Shown: in pieces, positions 28,652 through 38,496 of the stretch
Position numbering within the stretch: the first letter of the stretch is position 1
Layout of the letters: the number at the start of each line of letters is the position of its first letter
DNA from: Spirochaetia bacterium
Lineage (GTDB): Bacteria > Spirochaetota > Spirochaetia > UBA9216
Assembly: GCA_965140585.1 (NCBI GenBank)
Contig: OZ223269.1
Coordinates: 544,001 to 608,000 of the forward strand
Length of the DNA: 64,000 nt
Direction of reading: 5' to 3'
Program-made: the position numbers and the translations under genes
The notes under the pieces: model-generated
Databases searched by the model: none
Told to the model about the DNA's origin: nothing
What the model saw: the letters and a program-made list of their open reading frames with translations, nothing else

Positions 28652-30318
28652 CCTTCTGTCTCTTTTATATATTTATTGATTTTGTTGGAAGCGGAAGGCT
28701 GGCTGATATTCAATTCTGCGGCTACACCTGTTGATGTACCGTGTTTTTTGTACGCATCAATTATCAGTCTTCGCTCTACTGATTCAAGAATATCTTTCAG
28801 GGAACTGCTGCTGCTTGCTGTATGAAAGATGCTGGCCTTGATTTTTGTAGGCAGCTGTTCTTCGCTTATCATGTAGTCATCGGAAGTGAGAATCATTCTT
28901 TCTATTAGATTCTCAAGTTCCCTGATATTACCCGGCCAGTCGTATTCGACAAGGTAGTCTATCACAGTTCCGGAAAGGGTTCTCTTGAGCCCGTACTTCT
29001 TTCCGATTACATTAACAAAATGATTGGCCAGAGTAAAAATATCTTCCTTCCTGTCTCTCAAACCGGGGATTTTAATGGTTATTACATTAAGCCGGTAATA
29101 AAGATCTTCCCTGAATGAACCCTCATGAACGAGTTTCTCCAGGTTCTTATTTGTAGCTGCGATAAGCCTGAAATCTACTTCCTTCAGGTTTGCTCCGCCG
29201 AGCCGTATAATTTTCTTTTCCTGGATTGCCTTCAAAAGCTTAACCTGCATGTGAAGCGGAAGATCTCCGATTTCATCAAGAAAGAGGGTTCCTTCGTTCG
29301 CAAGTTCAATCAGTCCGGGTTTGCCTTCTTTGCTGGCTCCACTGAATGCTCCCTTTTCATAACCGAATAGTTCCGATTCAAGTAGACTTTCGGGAATTGC
29401 CCCACAGTTTATTTCAATAAACGGGCCTTCACTTCTACCGCTTTGGGAATGCATAATCTTGGCGAACATTGTTTTACCGACACCTGATTCTCCAAGAAAA
29501 AGTACGTTGGCATCAAATCTGGAGATCTTGAGAAGAGTTGCTGATATATTTTTAATTACCTGTGAGCGGCCGATTATTGAAGGAACAGGATCACGATCAT
29601 TTCGCAGGCGGTCAATTTCGGCACTGTATAGTTTTAATGTATCTTCGAGGTTTTCGTATTCATCTTTAAGTGTCTGATATTTGGTTATGTCACGGGTATA
29701 GCTTACAACTTTTTCAATGTTTCCATCCTTGTCTTTTATCGGGATTGCGGTACACATAAGATATTTTCCTGCTCCGGTAAGCTGCAGGAGGGTTTCTGTA
29801 TTTCCGGATTTAAATACTCTGATGGCAACGGAAGGATTAAAAATCTTTTTCTCTTCCATTTCAAAAATTGTTTTTCCGATAGCTTCCTGTCTTGAGATTC
29901 CGTACATAGTCTCGAAATTGGGCATAGCGCTGACAATTACTCCATAGCGATCAATTATTACAAAGTCGTCATGAAGTACACTCAGCATATTAAGAAACTC
30001 ATCTTTCATTGACTGAATTGAGGATAGAGAAAAGGCGGCATCTTCAATATGTGTTGAATCAGAAATAAGACATAGCAGCAGCTCCTGCCCTGCAAGACTG
30101 TAGATATGTATTATAAACTCTTTATCTTTATAAATGAAAAGCAAAAACTCCTGATTCTTTTTTTCATCTCTTGTGCGGATAAGTTCTATAGTCTGTTCAA
30201 GAGAGTTGCCGTTGCTGAAAAAACTGGTAAAAGCCTGATTAGTTTTTATGAGCTGATATTCAGAATCCAGCAGAATTACCGGCTCGGTAAACAGGTTTAT
30301 ATCTATTCTTTCAGTCAA
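28648..30318 (-). CDS. PAS-domain sigma-54 enhancer-binding protein
   Basis: PAS region; Walker A GESGVGKT; ESELFGYEKGAFSGA; FLDEIG; FREDLYYRL; WPGNIREL; C-terminal HTH. Confidence 0.95.
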   Translation of the reverse strand: MTERIDINLFTEPVILLDSEYQLIKTNQAFTSFFSNGNSLEQTIELIRTRDEKKNQEFLLFIYKDKEFIIHIYSLAGQELLLCLISDSTHIEDAAFSLSSIQSMKDEFLNMLSVLHDDFVIIDRYGVIVSAMPNFETMYGISRQEAIGKTIFEMEEKKIFNPSVAIRVFKSGNTETLLQLTGAGKYLMCTAIPIKDKDGNIEKVVSYTRDITKYQTLKDEYENLEDTLKLYSAEIDRLRNDRDPVPSIIGRSQVIKNISATLLKISRFDANVLFLGESGVGKTMFAKIMHSQSGRSEGPFIEINCGAIPESLLESELFGYEKGAFSGASKEGKPGLIELANEGTLFLDEIGDLPLHMQVKLLKAIQEKKIIRLGGANLKEVDFRLIAATNKNLEKLVHEGSFREDLYYRLNVITIKIPGLRDRKEDIFTLANHFVNVIGKKYGLKRTLSGTVIDYLVEYDWPGNIRELENLIERMILTSDDYMISEEQLPTKIKASIFHTASSSSSLKDILESVERRLIIDAYKKHGTSTGVAAELNISQPSASNKINKYIKETEG

Positions 30319-30415
30319 AAAAATCCCTCCGTTGGTATATTAAGAATACCATAAAATAATAATTATTTTAATAGAGTATTACAAACTTAATACATTTAAA
30401 CTTAATAAATTATTT

Positions 30416-30431
30416 CCTACATAAACGTAGG
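30416..30431. promoter_or_regulatory. Candidate upstream activator sequence for the sigma-54 regulator
   Basis: Palindrome CCTAC-N6-GTAGG in an otherwise very AT-rich spacer, ~110-125 bp upstream of the -24 element. Confidence 0.5.
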
Positions 30432-30540
30432 TTTATATATACTTCAAAAAATTAATATATTTTACCCAAAATGCAAAAATCAAAGGAAATATCAGCAATA
30501 TTTAGCAAATTCAAATAAAATAGACTATAAAGGTGGTTTT

Positions 30541-30558
30541 TTGGCATAAGAAATGCAT
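30541..30558 (+). promoter_or_regulatory. sigma-54 (-24/-12) promoter
   Basis: TTGGCATAAGAAATGCAT: GG (30543-44), 10 nt, GC (30555-56); divergent from an enhancer-binding protein gene. Confidence 0.85.
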
Positions 30559-30591
30559 TTAAATTGCAGAATAATAATTTGGAGAAATTAA

Positions 30592-31941
30592 TTGCTTAGA
30601 GAATCTTTACCAAAAATAATTACTGAACTGCCTGGACCTAAATCGAAGGCAGTAATTGAAAGAAGAAATAAAGCTATTCCGTCATCAATTGGATGTGCGG
30701 CGCCGTTTGTAATTGACAGGGGCGAAGGTGCTATGATAGTTGACCTTGACGGTAATATCATAATGGACTGGGTCGGAGGAATCGGCGCCCTGAATATCGG
30801 ATACAGCAATGAAGAGGTGGTTAAGGCTGTACAGGATCAGGCTGCAAGATACTTTCATCCGCAGATAAATACACTGCATTATTCAGAGTATATTGAACTT
30901 GCAGAATTGATAAACGATATTACTCCGGGTGATTACAAGAAAAGAACTGCATTTTTCAACAGCGGTTCTGAAGCAGTTGATAATGCAATAAAGATTGCCA
31001 GAAAGTTCAGCGGCAGGACTGATATAATTGCATATTCTGGATGCTTTCACGGCAGAACCTTTATGGCTATGACTCTAACAAGCGGTCAAGTGTATAAGGC
31101 CGGTTTTATGCCGCTTGCACCGGGTGTCCATCGTGCTGAATTTCCCAATACCTACAGGGCTGAACCCGGAATTCCGGAAGAGCAGCTTGCTGATTTTTAC
31201 CTAGAAAAGCTGCGGTATATGTTTGTTGACTATATTCTTCCTCAGAAAGTTGCTGCTGTAATTATTGAACCTATTCAGGGAGAGGGCGGTTTTATAGTTC
31301 CTCCCATTGAATACATAAAGGGGCTTAGAAAGCTTTGTGATGAATTCAAAATCCTCCTGATTGCAGATGAAGTTCAGACCGGCTACTGCAGAACTGGAAA
31401 AATGTTCGCTACAGAGTACTGGGAAGAAGCGGGTGTTTATCCTGATATTCTAATTACAGCCAAGGCTATGGGAGGAGGACTCCCGATAAGTGCTGTTACT
31501 GCAAGAGAAGAGATAATGGAATCTCTGACTGCAGGTGAAATAGGAGGTACTTACGGCGGAAACCCTGTTGCCTGTGCCTCCTCCTTAAAGGTCATCGAAA
31601 TACTAAAGAGAGACGACTATGCTTCCAAGGCCATGGCCATCGGCGAAAGATGTGAAGCTGCGTTCAAAGACTGGTTTGATAAATATAAGGCAATCGGAAC
31701 ATACCGTGTATCCGGTGCAATGGTTTCTCTTGAATTTGTAAAAGACCGGATTTCTAAAGAACCTGATCCTGAAACTGCAAATAAAATACTTGCAGAGTGC
31801 AGGATAGCCGGATTGGTTCTTAAGACAGCAGGTTCATATAATCAGATAGTAAGAGCTCTTATGCCGCTTGTTGTTACCGATGAGCAGCTTAAAGTTGGTC
31901 TTGAAATCCTTGAGAACGCGATAAAAGCAGTCACAGAATAA
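30592..31941 (+). CDS. Class III omega-aminotransferase (GabT/DavT-like)
   Basis: NSGSEAV, FHGRT, EPIQGEGG, DEVQTG, AKAMGGG and GTYGGNP motifs. Confidence 0.92.
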   Translation: MLRESLPKIITELPGPKSKAVIERRNKAIPSSIGCAAPFVIDRGEGAMIVDLDGNIIMDWVGGIGALNIGYSNEEVVKAVQDQAARYFHPQINTLHYSEYIELAELINDITPGDYKKRTAFFNSGSEAVDNAIKIARKFSGRTDIIAYSGCFHGRTFMAMTLTSGQVYKAGFMPLAPGVHRAEFPNTYRAEPGIPEEQLADFYLEKLRYMFVDYILPQKVAAVIIEPIQGEGGFIVPPIEYIKGLRKLCDEFKILLIADEVQTGYCRTGKMFATEYWEEAGVYPDILITAKAMGGGLPISAVTAREEIMESLTAGEIGGTYGGNPVACASSLKVIEILKRDDYASKAMAIGERCEAAFKDWFDKYKAIGTYRVSGAMVSLEFVKDRISKEPDPETANKILAECRIAGLVLKTAGSYNQIVRALMPLVVTDEQLKVGLEILENAIKAVTE

Positions 31942-31960
31942 GGAAAAGGAATAGCTTTAG

Positions 31961-33331
31961 ATGGAATTTGATGTAATTTCAGATATGGTGCAGAAGGCTT
32001 CTGCCGCACAGAAAAAACTGGAAACATGCTCACAGAAATACATAGATGAAATCGTGAAAGCTATTGCAAAAACTGTTTTTGACAATGCGGAAGTTCTGGC
32101 AAGCATGGCGGTTGATGAAACCTCCATGGGTATTTACGGCGATAAAGTCGAAAAGAACCGCCGAACTGCAAGTATGCTCTGGCACAGTCTCAAGGGGAAA
32201 AAGTCTGTAGGGGCTGTGGAAGAAGATGCGGTAAACGGAATCATAAAAATAGCAAAACCAATGGGTGTTGTGGGAGCGGTAACCCCCTGTACCAATCCAA
32301 TAACAACACCTATGTGTATTGCAATGTTTGCCGTGAAGGCGCGTAATTCTATAATCATCGCTCCTCATCCGCGTGCACGAAAATGCGCCGCATATACTGC
32401 TGAACTTATCAATATGAACCTTAAGACTCTTGGGGCACCCGAAAATCTTATACAGACAATAGAAGATCCTAATGTGCTTAAAAGCAGAGAGCTTATGAGC
32501 TCAGTTGATGTTGTTGTAGCCATCGGAGGCTCGGCCACAGTTAAAGCTGCATATTCCTGCGGTAAACCTGCATTCGGTGTCGGCGCAGGAAATGCGCAGT
32601 GCATTATTGACAGGGGAGTCTGTATAAGCGAATCGGTTGAGAAAATAATAAATGGAAGAATCTTTGACAACGGAATTATCAGTTCTGCTGAGCAAATGAT
32701 TCTCGTTCATAACGATGACTTTGCTGAAACAGTAAAAGAGCTTGAGTCTCAGGGTGCATACTTCGTCAGAAATTCTGATGAAGCTTTAAAACTCAGGAAT
32801 CTGATTTTTGATGAAGAAGGAAATGTTTCAAAAGAAGTAGTCGGCCAGCCTGTATCAAAGCTTGCTTATGATGCAGGTATTGAGCTTGAAGATAATGTTC
32901 GGCTTATAGTTATTGAAGTTTACGGCGCTGGAGAAGAGGAACTTTTCTGCAGAGAAAAGCTGTTTCCGGTAATTGGCCTTAAAAGATACGAAACCTTTGA
33001 AGAGGCAGTTGCAATCGCGGCTGAGAATATAGAAGCTGAAGGTATGGGGCATTCAGTAGTTATACATTCCGGAAATGATGAACATATCAGATATGCCGGT
33101 GAGAACCTGAACGTAAGCCGGCTTCTTGTGAATCAGGTCGGGGCTACCATGAGTGGCGGAAGCTATCTGAACGGCCTTGTTCCCACAACTATCTTCGGAT
33201 GCGGTACATGGGGGAACAATATTATCTCTGATAATTTTAATTACACACACTTGATGAATATTACACGAATTTCAACAGTGATAGATGGAGTTGTAATGCC
33301 CTCGGAAGAGGAGATCTGGGCTGATGTTTGA
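31961..33331 (+). CDS. CoA-acylating aldehyde dehydrogenase (SucD/EutE-like); catalytic Cys replaced by Ser
   Basis: PCTNP, APHP, GVGAGN, EKLFP, GH and GCGTWG motifs; FDNGIISSAEQ where the family has FDNGxxCxxEQ. Confidence 0.88.
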   Translation: MEFDVISDMVQKASAAQKKLETCSQKYIDEIVKAIAKTVFDNAEVLASMAVDETSMGIYGDKVEKNRRTASMLWHSLKGKKSVGAVEEDAVNGIIKIAKPMGVVGAVTPCTNPITTPMCIAMFAVKARNSIIIAPHPRARKCAAYTAELINMNLKTLGAPENLIQTIEDPNVLKSRELMSSVDVVVAIGGSATVKAAYSCGKPAFGVGAGNAQCIIDRGVCISESVEKIINGRIFDNGIISSAEQMILVHNDDFAETVKELESQGAYFVRNSDEALKLRNLIFDEEGNVSKEVVGQPVSKLAYDAGIELEDNVRLIVIEVYGAGEEELFCREKLFPVIGLKRYETFEEAVAIAAENIEAEGMGHSVVIHSGNDEHIRYAGENLNVSRLLVNQVGATMSGGSYLNGLVPTTIFGCGTWGNNIISDNFNYTHLMNITRISTVIDGVVMPSEEEIWADV

Positions 33332-34589
33332 GCTTAAATACGGCAGAAAAACTATCTCTGTTGATATACCTGAAAAAAATTATGTGGGAACGCTGATTCC
33401 CAATGAAATTGTACATAACAGAAGCGGCTTTGATGAAATAAATAATGCCCTTGATAATCCGGCAGGAACAGAAAGACTTGAGGAAATAGTTAAGCCTGGT
33501 GAGTCTGTAGTGATTGTTACAAGTGATATTACAAGGCCCTTTCCCGGGAGACTGGTTATACCGGAACTTGTTAAACGGCTTCACAGTGCAGGAGTCCGTG
33601 ACAGTGATATAACCATTGTTTTTGCACTCGGCAGTCACCGCAGTCATACTGAAGATGAAAAGAAATATCTGGCCGGTGAAGAAGTTTATTCAAGCGGAAT
33701 AAATCTGCTTGATTCCGAAATGAACTGCTGCATCAATCTCGGGGTGTGCAGGAACGGAACGCCTGTAGATATATTCAGGCCGGTAGCGGAAGCAGACAGA
33801 CTGATATGCGTGGGGAATATTGAATTTCACTATTTCGCAGGTTATTCCGGCGGGGCCAAAGCTTTGATGCCCGGAGTGTCAAGTCACGCAGCTATACAGG
33901 TCAACCATTCGAATATGACGAATAAAAATGCTGCAGCGGGCAGGCTTGATGATAATCCTGTCAGACAGGATATAGATCAGGTTGGTGAGTTTATCAAAAT
34001 TGATTTTATTCTGAACGTGATTCTTGATAATAAGAAAGAGATCGTTAAAGCAGTTGCAGGTCATTATCTTGAAGCTCACAGAAACGGCTGCAGGTATCTC
34101 GACCGGATGAACGGTGTTGAGCTTGCTTCAAAGGCTGATATTGTAATTGCATCTCCGGGGGGATATCCGAAAGATATAAATCTTTATCAGGCTCAAAAGG
34201 GACTTGACAATGCCAAATATGCTGTGGAAGACGGCGGCATAATTATTCTTGCAGCTTCAGCTGCAGAGGGTTTTGGCGAGAAAACCTTTGAATCATGGAT
34301 GAAGAATAAAAAACCATCAGAAATGCTGGTTGAAATTGAATCCAATTTTGTACTCGGAGGTCACAAGGCTGCCGCTATCTCCATGATATTGCAGAAGGCG
34401 GAAATATTCATGGTCAGTGATCTGGATGATGAAATTGTGAAGTCTATTAACTTCGTCCCTTTTAGTTCGCTGCAGGCTGCACTCGATGAGGCTGTCGGTA
34501 GAATTAGTGAGAAAGCTTCAGTGCTTTTGATGCCCGATGCAGGAGCTACAATACCATTACTGAAGGATGTCAGTGAAGATAAAGGTTAA
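33324..34589 (+). CDS. larA: Nickel-pincer-dependent lactate/2-hydroxyacid racemase family protein
   Basis: SDITRP, GSHR, HYFAGYSGGAK, NH and NLYQAQKG motifs. Confidence 0.92.
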   Translation: MFELKYGRKTISVDIPEKNYVGTLIPNEIVHNRSGFDEINNALDNPAGTERLEEIVKPGESVVIVTSDITRPFPGRLVIPELVKRLHSAGVRDSDITIVFALGSHRSHTEDEKKYLAGEEVYSSGINLLDSEMNCCINLGVCRNGTPVDIFRPVAEADRLICVGNIEFHYFAGYSGGAKALMPGVSSHAAIQVNHSNMTNKNAAAGRLDDNPVRQDIDQVGEFIKIDFILNVILDNKKEIVKAVAGHYLEAHRNGCRYLDRMNGVELASKADIVIASPGGYPKDINLYQAQKGLDNAKYAVEDGGIIILAASAAEGFGEKTFESWMKNKKPSEMLVEIESNFVLGGHKAAAISMILQKAEIFMVSDLDDEIVKSINFVPFSSLQAALDEAVGRISEKASVLLMPDAGATIPLLKDVSEDKG

Positions 34590-34812
34590 GCTTTATTCAT
34601 TTTTTGTATTCCTTTCCGGAAACAGGGAGGGAACTATGGAAATAGAAACAGATGATACTTTTTCTGTTCAGGAACTGCTTATGAAATGTGGTGTAAAAAA
34701 AGATTATACCGCTTTAATCAGAGTAAACGGTTTAAACAGAAATATTAACGATACAGATATTTTATCTGATGGAGACTTCGTGGAAGTTTTTCCGGTTTTT
34801 GGCGGTGGATGA
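34567..34812 (+). CDS. MoaD/ThiS family sulfur carrier
   Basis: 81 aa, VNG...L.DGD.VEVFP..GG C-terminus; adjacent to AOR. Confidence 0.88.
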   Translation: MSVKIKVKLYSFFVFLSGNREGTMEIETDDTFSVQELLMKCGVKKDYTALIRVNGLNRNINDTDILSDGDFVEVFPVFGGG

Positions 34813-36734
34813 TTTTTATGATGGAAGAAAATATGATTTACGGATATACGGGAAAGATACTCAGAGTTAATCTGAGTACTTCAGATATAACTATAGAAAC
34901 CCCAGATCAGACATTTTACAGGATGTATATGGGTGGAAAGGGGATTATTGCTCATTATCTATTAAATGAAGTATCTCCTGAAGCTGATGCCCTGGGTGTT
35001 GAAAATAAATTGATTTTTGCCACAGGTGTTCTAACAGGCATACCGATAGCAGGTACACCGAGGTATACCGTAGGTGCAAAATCTCCACTTACCGGCGGTT
35101 TCGGCCAGTCGGAAGCGGGCGGTTTCTGGGGACCTGAACTTAAAAAGGCCGGATGGGATGCTGTTATTATAGAAGGAAAAGCAGAGAAACCGGTTTATCT
35201 AAGTATTACTGACTCTGATATTCAAATTAATGATGCAGCGGAGCTCTGGGGAAAAGAAACCGGAACTGTTCAGCAGCTGATCCGGAATGAGCTGGGAGAG
35301 CAGAAAACCTCAGTTCTCCAGATTGGTCCTGCAGGTGAAAATCTGGTTAAGTACGCCTGTATTACAAATAATCTTAAACATTATAACGGCCGTAATGGAA
35401 TGGGTGCCGTTATGGGTTCGAAGAATCTCAGGGCAATTGCAGTGAAGGGAAGCGGTGAAATAAAAACCGCAAATCCTGAAAAGATATCTGAATTAAGAAA
35501 AGAATATCTTGCTGTTTACAAGAATGAACCCTTAAGCCGTGGACTGTTTGACTATGGCACATCAGGCGGAATATCCACGCTTAACGCGGCAGGAATGTTT
35601 CCGTCAAGAAATTTTAAATACGGTGAGAATCAACACGCTGAAGAGATAACAGGGCAGAAACTTGCCGAGACTATCATGAGCAAGCGGGAGGGCTGTTTTG
35701 CATGTCCGGTTAGATGTAAGCGTGTGGTAGATGTCAACGAAGAATCACTATCAATTGATCCAGCTTTCGGCGGTCCTGAATATGAAACAATCGCAGGATT
35801 CGGCGCCAACTGCATGATGGCCGAACTCAAACTTATATCGAAGGCCAATGAGCTTTGTAACCGCTTCGGTATGGATACTATCTCAGTTAGTGGAACTATT
35901 GCTTTTGCAATGGAATGTTTTGAAAACGGATTGATTGATACAGAATTTACCAACGGACTTAGGCTCGAATTCGGAAACTCCTATGCAGTATTAACTCTTC
36001 TTGAAAGAATAGCTCTGCGGGCCGATAACTTTTCTTCCCTGCTTGCTGAAGGATCGTTTAGAGCTGCTGAGAAGATAGGTAAGGGAAGTGAAGTGTATCT
36101 GAATACAAGCAGAAAACAGGAGTATGCACTTCACGATGCCCGGACTAAAACCGGCCTTGCATTTGCATATTCAACAGCCGCCAATGCTACAGACCATATG
36201 TATATAGTACATGACACTATGATATCCAATCCTGGAATAGTTCTTGATAAACTCAGCGGGATCGGGATTTACGAACCCATAAGTCCTTCCGAAGTGTCCT
36301 GGAAAAAAGCACGTAATGTAAAAACCGTATCGGAATGGACCAGCTTTCAGAACTGTGCAGGGATGTGCATCCTTGTATTTGCTCCCCGCGGGGTAATAAG
36401 CCTTAACACAGTTGTTGAGCTTTTAAGAGCTGCAACAGGGTGGGAATACACAAGCCTTTACGAAATTATGAAAGCCGGAGAACGTGCTGAGAATATGGGA
36501 CGGGCATTTAACATATTGCACGGTTCTGCTTCAAGTGAAGATAATCTTTCACAGCGGAGTCATGAAGATCTGGCGAATGAACATTCAAATTATTATGCGG
36601 TAGATAAAAAAAATCTGGCCGACGGCATAAAAGATCTTTTTGAGATGAGAGGTTGGGATGAAAAAGGAATTCCATCCAGGGGCAAACTGTATGATTTAAA
36701 CCTCGGCTGGCTGGCAGAAAAGCTTCATGCATGA
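34809..36734 (+). CDS. aor: Aldehyde:ferredoxin oxidoreductase (tungstopterin WOR family)
   Basis: GYTGKILRVNLS, KSPLTG, GRNGMGAVMGSKNL, CFACPVRC, PEYET, CN..GMDTIS and RGWD motifs. Confidence 0.93.
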   Translation: MIFMMEENMIYGYTGKILRVNLSTSDITIETPDQTFYRMYMGGKGIIAHYLLNEVSPEADALGVENKLIFATGVLTGIPIAGTPRYTVGAKSPLTGGFGQSEAGGFWGPELKKAGWDAVIIEGKAEKPVYLSITDSDIQINDAAELWGKETGTVQQLIRNELGEQKTSVLQIGPAGENLVKYACITNNLKHYNGRNGMGAVMGSKNLRAIAVKGSGEIKTANPEKISELRKEYLAVYKNEPLSRGLFDYGTSGGISTLNAAGMFPSRNFKYGENQHAEEITGQKLAETIMSKREGCFACPVRCKRVVDVNEESLSIDPAFGGPEYETIAGFGANCMMAELKLISKANELCNRFGMDTISVSGTIAFAMECFENGLIDTEFTNGLRLEFGNSYAVLTLLERIALRADNFSSLLAEGSFRAAEKIGKGSEVYLNTSRKQEYALHDARTKTGLAFAYSTAANATDHMYIVHDTMISNPGIVLDKLSGIGIYEPISPSEVSWKKARNVKTVSEWTSFQNCAGMCILVFAPRGVISLNTVVELLRAATGWEYTSLYEIMKAGERAENMGRAFNILHGSASSEDNLSQRSHEDLANEHSNYYAVDKKNLADGIKDLFEMRGWDEKGIPSRGKLYDLNLGWLAEKLHA

Positions 36735-36839
36735 GCAGATGATATAACGACCCTATAAAAGGAGGAGAAAAACGGAACTTAAAAATTAGGAAACAGAAGT
36801 ATTAACTTTTTTTAATAAATTTACTTGGAGGAATACAAG

Positions 36840-37940
36840 ATGAAGAAAAAAAATATTTTATTTGCAGCATTGGTTGCAACAGCATTGATTTTCAGCGGTT
36901 GTGTGAAGGCAAAAGTTGAAACAGCAACAACTGAAGGTGCTGAAACCAAAGCAGCTGGTGAAACTCTGTCAATAACCAACTTTATTACAGCAGAATCAGA
37001 TAATCCGGACAAAATTGTCCTTAGATACGCTTCAACAAGCCGAAATCTTGATGATCACCCTTATATGAGAGGTTTCAAGAAATTCTTTGAGGTTCTTAAA
37101 ACAGAACTCGGAGATAAAGTAGAAATTCAGTACTACCTTGGCGGAACACTTGGTACAAGTACCGATGCTATCCTCGGTGGTCTTCAGAATGAATCTTTTG
37201 AAATGACCGACTGGCCTCTTGGAAGTTTTGCCGAGCTTACAAACGCTTTTCAGCCCTTTGATGTTCCTTACCTTTTCACTTCTATGGATAATGCCATGGA
37301 CCTTCTTGGCGGTGAAGTAGGTGACATAATGACTGAGAAATGTCTTGAAGATACAAACCTCAGACCTCTTTACTATGCTCCTATCGGCATGAGGCAGCTT
37401 ACAAACAGTAAGAATGCCGTTAAGACTCCCGATGACATGAAGGGTCTGAAGATTAGAGTTCAGAACAATCCTCTTCATATTGCCGGAATGAAGGCTCTCG
37501 GCTGTTCACCGACCCCGATTTCTTTTGGCGAGCTGTTTACTTCACTTCAGCAGAAGGTTGTTGATGGTCAGGAAAATCCGCTTTCAACTATCTATGACTA
37601 CAAGTTTGCAGAAGTTCAGAAGTACCTTACTATCACTAACCACCTCTCGGCAGTTGGAACAATGGCTGTAAACGAAGATTACTACCAGAGCCTTCCTTCT
37701 GATGTAAAGGCTGCATTTGACAAGGCTTCAGCTGCAGCAGCTGCTTTTACTCTAAACGAAGTAAAGAACGCAGAGGCAGAATACCTTCTCAAGCTTAAGG
37801 GAATTCTTGAAGTTTATGAACCTTCAGAAGCTGAACTGAAAGTATTTCAGGAAAAGGCAATGACTGCTTGGCCCGAAATGGAAGAGTCAATCGGTGTTGA
37901 ATATTTCGGCAGCATTATTACTGCAGCCGGACTTAAATAG
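36840..37940 (+). CDS. dctP: TRAP transporter substrate-binding lipoprotein (DctP family)
   Basis: Lipobox FSGC; GLKIRVQ (carboxylate-binding Arg); ELFTSLQQKVVDGQEN. Confidence 0.92.
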   Translation: MKKKNILFAALVATALIFSGCVKAKVETATTEGAETKAAGETLSITNFITAESDNPDKIVLRYASTSRNLDDHPYMRGFKKFFEVLKTELGDKVEIQYYLGGTLGTSTDAILGGLQNESFEMTDWPLGSFAELTNAFQPFDVPYLFTSMDNAMDLLGGEVGDIMTEKCLEDTNLRPLYYAPIGMRQLTNSKNAVKTPDDMKGLKIRVQNNPLHIAGMKALGCSPTPISFGELFTSLQQKVVDGQENPLSTIYDYKFAEVQKYLTITNHLSAVGTMAVNEDYYQSLPSDVKAAFDKASAAAAAFTLNEVKNAEAEYLLKLKGILEVYEPSEAELKVFQEKAMTAWPEMEESIGVEYFGSIITAAGLK

Positions 37941-37949
37941 ATTATTGAA

Positions 37950-37972
37950 GCCGGCAGGATATTCCTGCCGGC
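37950..37972 (+). other. Intergenic stem-loop after dctP (mRNA stabiliser or partial terminator)
   Basis: GCCGGCAGGA-tat-TCCTGCCGGC perfect stem with no U tract. Confidence 0.6.
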
Positions 37973-38004
37973 ATATGTTTGAGAATTAAGAACAGGAGAA
38001 TCTT

Positions 38005-38496
38005 GTGAAAAGATTAAAATGGTTTTTAGGGAATATTGAGTATATAGTAGCCGCATCTTTTTCTGCTGTAATGGTAGTTCTGCTGTTCCTTCAGGTTGTT
38101 TCACGATATGTATTCAGAAACTCAATTTCTTTTACTGAAGAAATTGCAATAGTACTTTTTATTTTATCAGTTTACCTGGGTGCCGTAGGGGCAACCAGAA
38201 GAAGACAGCATTTAAAGATAGAAGTAGTTACAAATTTATTAAAACCGAAAGCACAGACTGTTTTGGCTGTAATTGCCAATATAGTTTTTATGATAACAAA
38301 TGTTTTTATTATTTACGGACTGATAGGCGTTGTGGCAAATCTTAAAAGATTCGGAATGACTACTGCAATAACAGAAATCCCGAAGTGGGCGATTTATTCG
38401 GTTCTGCCGATTTCGTTCGCTGCAATTACTATTCGTCTGATTGAGGATACAGTGAAGATTATCCGTGAATCTAAAACAGGGCTGCAGGAGAGTTAA
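38005..38496 (+). CDS. dctQ: TRAP small permease
   Basis: Four TM segments; QVVSRY...EEI...HLKI. Confidence 0.92.
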   Translation: MKRLKWFLGNIEYIVAASFSAVMVVLLFLQVVSRYVFRNSISFTEEIAIVLFILSVYLGAVGATRRRQHLKIEVVTNLLKPKAQTVLAVIANIVFMITNVFIIYGLIGVVANLKRFGMTTAITEIPKWAIYSVLPISFAAITIRLIEDTVKIIRESKTGLQES

